In this document: piece after piece, positions 37,049 through 44,666 of the stretch
Position numbering within the stretch: position 1 is the stretch's first letter
Layout of the letters: every line of letters starts with the position of its first letter
From: Brevinematia bacterium
GTDB lineage: Bacteria > Spirochaetota > Brevinematia > DTOW01
Direction: 5' to 3'
Assembly: GCA_049968435.1 (NCBI GenBank)
Contig: JBMFQU010000002.1
Location: 1-44,666 of the forward strand
Length of the DNA: 44,666 bases
Position numbers and translations under genes: made by a program
Notes under the pieces: generated by a model
The model's input: the letters and a program-made list of their open reading frames with translations, nothing else
Database searches by the model: none
What the model was told of the DNA's origin: nothing

Positions 37049-38158
37049 TTAGATTTCTTCTCTTTTAATCTTTCTATCAATCAAAAATAGTGTAGCAAAA
37101 ACTAATACAACCATAAATACTGACACAACAAAGATGTCAAAAGTTAAATCACTTAATCCTAATTGTTTTATAACGCTACCTCTATAGATCTTCACAGCAT
37201 AGTAAGGTGGAAATACATAAACAATAGGTCTTAACCAAGAAGGCATTGCCTCCATTGGCAATATAACATTACCAAAAAACAAAGGTAATACAGCAATCAA
37301 AACTCCTATCCTTATGGATTCAAAATTCTTCATAACTATTCCAATCATAATACCAATCGATATAGACAATATGAAAAATATAAAATAACCAAAGGCAGCA
37401 ATCCACATACCTTGATTAAAGTTCATATCAAATAAAGGTATGGAAACTAGATACATCAAAAATGTACTTAATGAAATAACAATCAAAAATACTATCAAAT
37501 ATGAAGTAAAAATTTCAAAGGAAGAGTAATCTTTAAAATTTATTTTAGTTCTATCCTTGAAAACAACAAAAGCAACTAAAATTACAAGTATAAAGAATAC
37601 TAATATAGTTATCAAGCCCGGAAGAAGATAATCACCAAAAACAACATTATCAATACCCATCGCTCCTTCTATTTCAAGAGGTAAGGGATTACTTCCAGTT
37701 GAACTTTTTGCTATATTCATAAATGTATTCATAATAGTTGAAGTTAATACTCCTGCAACAATAAGACTACTTTTATCTATTTTAAGTTTTATCTTTTCAG
37801 ACAACTGATAATTAGGATCTTCCATCTTTATCATCATTTCCTTAGTTAAATTTCTTGGGAATACCATAATTCCATAAGCCTTACCTGATTTGATCATCAA
37901 AAAAGCTTCTTCCTCATTCTTAACTTCAATTGCTTTTATAACTTTTTTGTCAACTTTATCAATGAATTATTTTGAGATGGAAACATCTCCCATAAAAGGC
38001 ATTTGAATTGGCTCATCGTAATTAACAATAGCCAAAGGTACCTCTCTAACACCATCACCAAATATAAGCCCTATTATACCTATTAAAATAAAAGGAACTA
38101 AAATAACTGCTACTAGAATCTTTTTATTATCTTCAACTACCTTTATCATAAATTGCAT
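37049..38158 (-). pseudogene. ABC-2-type transporter permease interrupted by one in-frame TAA
   Basis: A single reading frame runs from the ATG at 38158 (GGGGTG upstream) to the stop at 37049. It contains a TAA at 37967-37969 (...DVSISK*FIDKVDKKVIKAIEVKNEEEAFLMIKSGKAYGIMVFP...). The overall architecture (N-terminal TM, large loop, five C-terminal TMs) is ABC-2-like. Confidence 0.65.
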
Positions 38159-38300
38159 CAAATCACCCCAAGTTAAGATTATAAATATATATATTAGAAC
38201 TTTCAACAGATTAAAAATTAAAGATTCTAGAAAAATTCTTGTTTAAACCTTATTTTGACAAAGTAGAATATGCATATTATATTTGTTTATTATACAAAGC

Positions 38301-40001
38301 ATGACAAAGAAAGTTTTAATTATTATACTATTCTTACTCTCAGTAAGATCTTCATTTGGTTATGAAATCCTTCCATTTGAAAAGTTAGAAAAAGGAATGA
38401 AAGGATATAGTTTAACAAGGTGGAACAATAATGAAGTAAAAAGATTCAATATAGAAGTTATAGGAACACTAAGAAATAATCCAAAATCAGGAGTAGTAAT
38501 AGCAAAAATAAATGATGAAGAAATAAGTAAAACTGGAGTAGTAGCGGGAATGAGTGGCAGTCCAGTATACATTGACGGTAAGTTAGCAGGAGCAATTGCC
38601 TTTACATGGAACTTCTTAAAAGAACCTATAGTAGGGATAACCCCAATTGAAGAAATGATAAAGTTAAGAGATTACGAAGAAAAAACAGTCTCCCTACCAT
38701 CAGATTTTAAATACACAACACCAATACTATTAAGTGGTTTATCTAAGCAAACAAAAGAGTTTTTAGAAGAAAAGTTCAAAGACAAAAATTTAACATTAAT
38801 AGATTCTTTCTCTTTATTTTTAAGTAGGTATAGTCAAAACAAAAGTTTACCAGAAGAAAACAAAATAATAAAAGAAAACCCATTCAAAGAAGGAGATGCA
38901 ATAGGAATAAATTTGGTAAGCGGTGATGTGGAAATAACAGCAATAGGTACAGTTACCCTCGTTGAAAGTAATAAAATATTCGGTTTAGGTCATCCGGCCT
39001 TTCTAGGAGGTAAAGTAGAAATACCAGTATCAGAAGTTGAAATATTAACTATTGTTCCTAGACAAGACATATCTTTTAAAGTAGGAATACCTAAAAATAT
39101 CGTAGGAACAATGAAATTTGATGGCAGCAGTGGGATATTTGCAGAAATTGGTCAAATACCTAAAACTATAGAACTATCTGTAAATGTTGATAACGAATTA
39201 TACTATTATAATATAGCCAATGTAAAAGAACTATTCTCTACTTTACTTCCAGCTGTACTCAGTGAATCAATACTTAGGACGAAAGGAATATTTGGAGAAG
39301 GTAATATAGAAATTAACTGTAATATAGGTTTCAAGTTTGAGGGAGTAGAAAACAAATTCTCAATTGATTTTAAAGACATAATACCAGTATATAGTAAAAA
39401 TATAGGATACTCGCTATCAATATCTGATGTAGCATCAATAATTGATTTTTTAATATACAATCCTGTTTTTAAAGCAAACATTGATAAAATTCATGTAAGT
39501 ATAAATACTAAACCTGTAGATATAGGTTTTATAACATTTATAATACCATCGAAACAAGAGGTATCACCTGGAGAAAAACTGAAAATAACCGTAGGAATTA
39601 AAAAATTTAGAGATGAAATAATAACAAGAGAATTCGAACTAAAAATTCCAAATTGGGTAAAACCAGGTACAAAAATTACAATAGGAGCCATGAATAAAGC
39701 AACACGAGCAATACAAAAACTTACTTCATTCCCTGAATCAATGACTTTTGATACCTATGAAAAACTCTATAAATTCATATACCAAGACCTACGAGTGGAA
39801 AAACTATTAGTTTTTGTTGAGATACCTTCTGTTAACTTTGCAATAGGAGGATACACCTATAATCTATTACCTAATTACCTCTCAACTTCTTTTCTATCAA
39901 ACCCAAAAAACAAAAATACCATTCCATACACAATTGAAGAAGAAAGCTTAGAGGATTCCCCTATAACTGGTTCAGCAAGCACATACATCTTCGTAAAATA
40001 A
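38301..40001 (+). CDS. Secreted peptidase S55 (SpoIVB-like) domain protein
   Basis: I place the start at the ATG at 38301 (signal peptide MTKKVLIIILFLLSVRSSFG). VAGMSGSPVYIDGKLAGAIAF resembles the SpoIVB catalytic-Ser motif GMSGSP...GKL.GA. Confidence 0.55.
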   Translation: MTKKVLIIILFLLSVRSSFGYEILPFEKLEKGMKGYSLTRWNNNEVKRFNIEVIGTLRNNPKSGVVIAKINDEEISKTGVVAGMSGSPVYIDGKLAGAIAFTWNFLKEPIVGITPIEEMIKLRDYEEKTVSLPSDFKYTTPILLSGLSKQTKEFLEEKFKDKNLTLIDSFSLFLSRYSQNKSLPEENKIIKENPFKEGDAIGINLVSGDVEITAIGTVTLVESNKIFGLGHPAFLGGKVEIPVSEVEILTIVPRQDISFKVGIPKNIVGTMKFDGSSGIFAEIGQIPKTIELSVNVDNELYYYNIANVKELFSTLLPAVLSESILRTKGIFGEGNIEINCNIGFKFEGVENKFSIDFKDIIPVYSKNIGYSLSISDVASIIDFLIYNPVFKANIDKIHVSINTKPVDIGFITFIIPSKQEVSPGEKLKITVGIKKFRDEIITREFELKIPNWVKPGTKITIGAMNKATRAIQKLTSFPESMTFDTYEKLYKFIYQDLRVEKLLVFVEIPSVNFAIGGYTYNLLPNYLSTSFLSNPKNKNTIPYTIEEESLEDSPITGSASTYIFVK

Positions 40002-41081
40002 TCATCTATTTTTTAAAGCAAATTCGTAAACCTTAAAAGTATCGTTTATAAATCTATCATAAGAATAAATATCAAGATACTTTTTTAACTTTTCAATCTT
40101 AGTTTTCCTTTTTTCATAATTATAAAACTCTTCTATCTTCCTAACCAAACTTTCAATAGAGTAAGGATCAAAAAACAAATCATTATCTTCAAAGAATAAC
40201 TCTCTAAAAGTCTTAATGTCAGAAACCAAAGGTAAAGTTCCAAAATTTATGCTTTCAAAAGGTACAAGACCAAAACCTTCATATAGAGATGGTACTAAGA
40301 CTATCTCAGCATTTTTGTAGAAAGAAACAAGTTCTTCATAACTTACATTCTCTAAAACTAAAATTTTATCTTTAACACTACTTCTTCTTAATGCAAAATC
40401 AACTTCATCTTCTTCATCAAACCTTTTACCAATGATAACTAAACTTAACTCAGGAAATTGTTTACTAATAAGTTCCATAGAATCGATGAGAAATGATAAA
40501 TTTTTGTGTTTTTTCCTATTACCTACTGAAAGGATATACTTACCTAAATTATATTTTTCTTTAACATTAACTTCTCTAACTTCCTTAGAGAACGGATTAA
40601 GAGCTGGATTATAAACAACAAATACTTTATTCTCATCGACCCCAAAAAGATCAAGAAGATCATTTTTAGTAGAATTTGAAACACAAATTACAGCACTAGA
40701 ATGTTTTAAAGAAGATTTTAAGATAGTTTCACCGATTTTTCTCTTCAAACCGCTAGAATAAGAAAACTTAAACTGTATGAGATCATGAATAGTAATAACA
40801 AATGGCAATACCGAAAGAATAGATTTGTTATAATTTACGTAATGAACTAAATCTACTTCATTTTTTACTCTCAACTCTGCTATAAAAGTATTAATCTGCT
40901 CCTCGATAGAATATATTGAATTAGAAGTATGGATAATATTAACCCCCTCAAAAGGTTTTTCAATAAAACTGCCCATAAGATAAACTTTCTCAAGTTTAGG
41001 TAAAATACCTTTTAAAAGTAATTTAGTATATGTACCAATTCCTGTTCTATCTATACTTCTACCATCAACTAGAACTTTCAT
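40002..41081 (-). CDS. Glycosyltransferase family 4 (GT-B)
   Basis: PSLYEGFGLVPFESINFGTLPLVSDI matches the GT4 E-x7-E region. Its stop codon abuts the stop of the convergent peptidase gene. Confidence 0.85.
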   Translation of the reverse strand: MKVLVDGRSIDRTGIGTYTKLLLKGILPKLEKVYLMGSFIEKPFEGVNIIHTSNSIYSIEEQINTFIAELRVKNEVDLVHYVNYNKSILSVLPFVITIHDLIQFKFSYSSGLKRKIGETILKSSLKHSSAVICVSNSTKNDLLDLFGVDENKVFVVYNPALNPFSKEVREVNVKEKYNLGKYILSVGNRKKHKNLSFLIDSMELISKQFPELSLVIIGKRFDEEDEVDFALRRSSVKDKILVLENVSYEELVSFYKNAEIVLVPSLYEGFGLVPFESINFGTLPLVSDIKTFRELFFEDNDLFFDPYSIESLVRKIEEFYNYEKRKTKIEKLKKYLDIYSYDRFINDTFKVYEFALKNR

Positions 41082-41138
41082 AAAAGTATGAGAATTTTTA
41101 CAATAGTCAAAGCTTCAAATCAAACTTAGATATAGTTT

Positions 41139-42407
41139 TCACAAATTTTTTATAGCATCAATTGGTTTCATTTTAGCAGCATGTCTTGAAGGTATAATAG
41201 ATATTATAGACGAAACTATAACTCCCAAAACTAAAGCTCCAAATAAACTTCCAAAAGTAATTGACCACTTAATTACATTATCCATAGGGAAGTTCATATT
41301 AGAGAGAGAGGAACTAAAATCAATACCCCATATAGATAGTGGAATATTTATAAGAACACCTAACACAATACCCAACACTGTACCTATACTACCTAAAATT
41401 GTACCTTCAAGCGTAAAAAGAACTAAAATTTTTCCATTACTAAGTCCCATAGATTTCAAAATACCTATTTCTCTTCTCCTCTCAAGTATAACCATCATCA
41501 TTATACTCATTATAATAAAAGCACCAAGGAGTACTATTACAAAGTAAATGAAATTATATATCTTAACAGACTGCTCAAGAAGTCCAACAAAACCACCAGA
41601 ATTCCTCCAATCAACCGCTTTAAGATAACTAAACCTTTCATCAGAAGAAAATTCTTTGTTTATCCTATCAGCAATCCAAGTGGCGTCATTGTAGTGCTTA
41701 ACCATCAATATAATTTCTTGAGTAGCATCTCCAGAACTCAATATTTCTTTGGCATCTTTAATAGAGATCATTAAAACATTATCATCAAGAGCATTCAACC
41801 CAGTTGAAAATATACCAACAACCTTAAGTTTAGCTCTACGCACATTCAAATTATTACCACTAACAATAATAGAAAAAGAATCTCCAACCTTAAGCCCAAG
41901 TGCCTCTGCTACTTTCTTACCTACAATAACTTCTCTATACTTATCATTTCCTTCTTTAATAAGATTGTTACTTAGATATTTCCCTTCAACTATACTTCTA
42001 TTAAGCATTATAAGCTCTTTTTCTTTATCTACATCACCAGCAAAACAGAGACCCACCTTATTATTTCTTCCAAATTCAGCTAAAACAGGGAACCTAAACC
42101 TCTCAGTGATCAATGTTATATTATTCCTCACTTCAGTAATACTTTCAATCTTTTTAACTACTTCAGTATAATTAGACACAAGATAATCAACTGGCGTATA
42201 CTCAATATTTTTAAAGTATTCTTTGTTAGCAATCCTTATATGCCCGGTTTCGTTTTTTGTAGAATTCTTAATTATATTATCTACCATGCCATCAACAAGT
42301 CCTTGAAATACAACAACACCTGTCAAAGCAATACAAACAGAAACAATTGCAAGAATTGATCTTCTCTTATTTCTTTTTATATTCCTAAAAGCCATATTAA
42401 ACAACAT
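41139..42407 (-). CDS. FtsX/MacB-type ABC transporter permease (LolE/LolC-like)
   Basis: N-terminus FRNIKRNKRRSILAIVSV, a large periplasmic domain, and a C-terminal FtsX domain ending SRHAAKMKPIDAIKNL. Confidence 0.85.
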   Translation of the reverse strand: MLFNMAFRNIKRNKRRSILAIVSVCIALTGVVVFQGLVDGMVDNIIKNSTKNETGHIRIANKEYFKNIEYTPVDYLVSNYTEVVKKIESITEVRNNITLITERFRFPVLAEFGRNNKVGLCFAGDVDKEKELIMLNRSIVEGKYLSNNLIKEGNDKYREVIVGKKVAEALGLKVGDSFSIIVSGNNLNVRRAKLKVVGIFSTGLNALDDNVLMISIKDAKEILSSGDATQEIILMVKHYNDATWIADRINKEFSSDERFSYLKAVDWRNSGGFVGLLEQSVKIYNFIYFVIVLLGAFIIMSIMMMVILERRREIGILKSMGLSNGKILVLFTLEGTILGSIGTVLGIVLGVLINIPLSIWGIDFSSSLSNMNFPMDNVIKWSITFGSLFGALVLGVIVSSIISIIPSRHAAKMKPIDAIKNL

Positions 42408-42416
42408 AATTTCCTC

Positions 42417-43671
42417 CTAAACAAATTTTAAGCAATCGACTACTTTCAACTTAGAAGCATACCTTGAAGGAAAATAAGAAGAAAAAGCAGAAACAATTAA
42501 AGCGAAAATAAACCCTTCAAAAAAAAGCTCTAGGATTCCATACACCATAAATAACACCCCAAACAGGCATACCTATGTCAGAAGCATTAACACCTTTAAG
42601 TAAACTTGGAATATCATACCCAACATATATCATAAGGAGATCGCCAATAAAACCTAAAATAACACCGAAAAAACCACCTAAAACACCTGTTAGGATACCT
42701 TCTAAGAGGAAAAGCTTTTTAATTTCACCAGGTTTCATACCCATAGCCATAAGGACACCTATCTCTTTAATTCTCTCATAAACCGACATAAGAATATTAT
42801 TAGCAATACCGACACCTGCTATTATAAGTATTAAGAATGAAATGATAAAAGAAGTTGCCCTCTTCTGCTCCATAAGTAAAATAAAATCACCATAAATATC
42901 TTTAATTGTATAAACACTATAACCATCTAACTTTGACCTTATATTATTAGCAACTTCTTCTACTCTTTTAAGGTATGAATCAATACTTTCTCCTTTTCCC
43001 CAGGATACCTTTACATGCACTGAAGTTTTGGTATCATTCAACTTAAGCAACCTATTAGCTCCAGTATATGCCATAAAAACCCCAGATTCGTTAATAGTAG
43101 TGCTTGGGGACTCAATAAGCCCAACGATCTTAAAATCAAGCGAATTATAATCTCCATATAATGTCTTAGCTCTAAGTACTACATTGTCACCTACAGATAC
43201 TCCTAACTTATTAGCAAGTACTTTACCTAAAACAATATCTCTTTCACCTCTAAGATAGTTACCTACCACATACTTCTTAAGTTCAAAAACTTTAGTATCC
43301 ATCTCAGTATCAATTACAGTAACTACAACATATTTGGATCTACCACTTAAAGCAATTTCACCCAAAAATTTAGTTCTATAGGTTAAATCCTCTACTCCAT
43401 CAATACCTTTAATAGTATTTTTAATACCTTCAAAATCCCTTATCCCTTTATCAAGAGGGAAAGCTCTTCTATTTTGATCATAATCTTTGGAGTAAATCAC
43501 AATAGAACTATCAGAAAATTTTACAATACTCTCAACAAGCAAATTATCTATCCCCATAAAAAGAGAATCCATAGCTATGTAAAACATCAAACCTACTCCT
43601 ATAGTCAAAACACTTATAAGTGTTTTTCTTTTGTGTCTAATAATATTCCTTAAAGCCATTTTAAAAAACAT
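42417..43671 (-). pseudogene. FtsX/MacB-type ABC transporter permease with a frameshift at an A8/T8 run near the 3' end
   Basis: The track ORF stops at 42517. The canonical FtsX C-terminus (FFEGFIFALIVSAFSSYFPSRYASKLKVVDCLKFV*) is readable in the adjacent frame down to the stop at 42417-42419. The frames switch inside the A8 run at 42519-42526, and one fewer base would restore the frame. Confidence 0.8.
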
Positions 43672-43674
43672 AAC

Positions 43675-44379
43675 TTACCTCCTTTCATCAGAAAATATCT
43701 GTCCATCTTTCAAAATAATAACTCTTTTAGCATGTTTCTCAACCATAGGATCATGTGTTGAAAATATGAAAGTAGTATTTTCCAACTCATTCATCCTCTT
43801 CATTATTTCAATAACTTCTTCAGCAGTCTCAGAATCAAGGTTAGCAGTAGGCTCGTCAGCAAGAACTAACAGAGGTCTTTTTACCAAAGCTCTAGCAATA
43901 GCAACCCTTTGTTCTTGTCCACCAGATATTTCATTGGGATACTCATTCTCAAGCCCCTTAAGTCCAACTTTATCAATAAGCTCTAAAACTCTACTCTATC
44001 TTTCCTTCTTGCTAATAGAAGGATCTATAGTAAGTGGTAGTTCTATATTCTCCTTCACAGTCAAAACAGGAATTAAGTTATAAGATTGAAATATAAAACC
44101 TATATTTTTCTTTCTGTATTCAGCCAATGTTTTTTCATCTAAACTATTAAGATTAATACCATCATAAATAACCTCTCCACTAGTAGGAACATCAAGACAA
44201 CCAATAATATTAAGCAAAGTTGTTTTACCACTACCTGAAGGCCCCATAATTGATATAAATTCACCTTTATCTACAACTAAATTAATCCCTTTAAGTGCTT
44301 ATACCTTAACTCTCCCTTCTCTCCCATCCTCTCCTTTATAGTAAACCTTCCAAACATTTATTAAAACTAAGATACTCAT
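43675..44379 (-). pseudogene. ABC transporter ATP-binding protein (LolD/MacB-type) with two in-frame stop codons
   Basis: One continuous frame runs from the ATG at 44379. It contains Walker A GPSGSGKTT, signature [15 protein letters not shown] and Walker [10 protein letters not shown]. It is interrupted by TAA at 44299-44301 (GRVKV*ALKGINL) and TAG at 43996-43998 ([17 protein letters not shown]). Confidence 0.85.
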
Positions 44380-44384
44380 AAATA

Positions 44385-44393
44385 CCCCCCCCC
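44385..44393 (-). repeat. G9 (C9 on the + strand) homopolymer at the RBS position of the ABC ATPase gene
   Basis: The - strand reads GGGGGGGGG-TATTT-ATG. This is an exceptional run for such AT-rich DNA. Confidence 0.9.
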
Positions 44394-44451
44394 AAAATTA
44401 ATTATTAGCTAACTATTAAATTTGAAACAACATAATAATGTAAAAAAAATA

Positions 44452-44666
44452 CTTTTAGTATTTCACCAACCCGCCCTATAGTGCGTTAAGAGTGTTTCAC
44501 CCTCTTATCAATATCTCTCTTTATTATCCCACAATCACCTGTTCCAAATTCATATTAGGTACCTACTAGAAGTGAATATAAAGAATTCACTCCTAATATA
44601 AGTAAAAATTTTAGAAACTTCTTTTTGTTTCCCGCCCACCCACCCTTTAGTTCTATACAGGAGGAC
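44452..44666 (+). repeat. Mosaic intergenic repeat family, about 1.5 units running off the window end
   Basis: 44455-44525 is close to 10975-11045 in sequence: C-box at 44464-44476, hairpin taagag...ctctta at 44487-44507, then atatctctc box. A second unit has leader ttttagaaacttctttttg, C-box cccgcccacccaccc (44631-44645), and the start of the aggaggac hairpin at 44659. Confidence 0.85.

Noticed and set aside
1563-38283. N-terminal extensions in the ORF track (starts at 1628, 2325, 10190, 14426, 20001, 27125, 32969, 38206, 38283)
   Set aside because: These begin at TTG or other alternative codons, or lie upstream of a better start. Downstream ATGs give canonical N-termini (signal peptides, Rossmann GxGxxG, family-typical starts). 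Several also have AGGAGG-like RBSs. The shorter models were used.
193-40614. Remaining short antisense or overlapping track ORFs (for example 193-453, 631-846, 1279-1503, 4696-5076, 7350-7625, 8475-8735, 9037-9219, 14556-14783, 15210-15392, 17840-18067, 20607-20804, 20896-21090, 22109-22300, 23004-23273, 25255-25476, 27509-28083, 28612-28815, 34082-34330, 34940-35185, 35353-35550, 36658-36855, 38360-38572, 39206-39691, 40432-40614)
   Set aside because: Each is nested within a longer ORF on the opposite strand that has strong family support. None shows a recognisable motif or RBS.
41749-44083. 140-aa, 68-aa and 150-aa + strand ORFs (41749-42171, 42575-42781, 43631-44083) opposite the ABC transporter genes
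   Set aside because: They are shadow ORFs antisense to clearly homologous FtsX permease and ATPase genes. Their composition is Ser/Leu/Ile-rich and low-complexity, and none resembles a known family.
37967-44301. Stop-codon reassignment or programmed read-through to explain the in-frame TAA/TAG codons
   Set aside because: TAA, TAG and TGA all terminate the other genes in this window at positions matching full-length homologues (for example hslU TAA, flgD TAG, mlaE TGA). There is no selenocysteine or pyrrolysine context. Ordinary nonsense mutations or consensus errors are the simpler explanation.
1-44666. Mobile genetic element, prophage, integron or defence island
   Set aside because: I found no integrase, transposase, recombinase, phage structural, restriction-modification, nuclease/helicase or toxin-antitoxin signatures in any frame. 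The NUDIX/macro pair looks housekeeping and has no toxin partner.

Overview
This is a strongly AT-rich bacterial chromosomal window. MlaE, a LolCDE/MacB-type ABC transporter and FlgD point to a diderm, flagellated lineage. I count about 41 protein genes, roughly three quarters on the - strand. They are tightly packed, with many 1-11 nt overlaps, and coding strands look purine-rich. Housekeeping genes (hslU, lepA, murD, purC, pheA, an aminotransferase, a GH13 amylase) are interleaved with two other groups. One is envelope and polysaccharide genes: ugd-uxs-wzx plus five glycosyltransferases. The other is signalling and nucleotide genes: HDOD, CheX-like, HD-GYP, NUDIX and macro. I saw no rRNA, tRNA, CRISPR array, transposase, phage gene or recognisable defence gene. 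Two things stand out. (1) Almost every sizeable intergenic gap is filled by one mosaic repeat family: 1-145, 3975-4400, 10211-11275, 12990-13475, 24188-24300, 25512-25612 and 44452-44666. Each unit has an A/T-rich leader, then a C-rich box that gives G-quadruplex motifs on the - strand. A GC-rich hairpin follows, five times the identical AGGAGGAC-TTC-GTCCTCCT and elsewhere different self-complementary stems. The unit ends in a TACCTCCTTTAG box that resembles the 16S rRNA 3' tail. All copies share one polarity, and I do not recognise the family as any known RNA or mobile element. This is my best candidate for something undescribed. (2) Four envelope or transport genes are disrupted. An ABC ATPase carries two in-frame stops and has a G9 tract at its RBS. 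An FtsX permease is frameshifted at an A8 run. An ABC-2 permease has one in-frame TAA. A GT2 glycosyltransferase has three homopolymer indels. These indicate gene decay, phase variation or assembly error. Several genes that normally sit in operons are orphans here: hslU without hslV, mlaE without mlaFD, oppC alone, and flgD without flgE.
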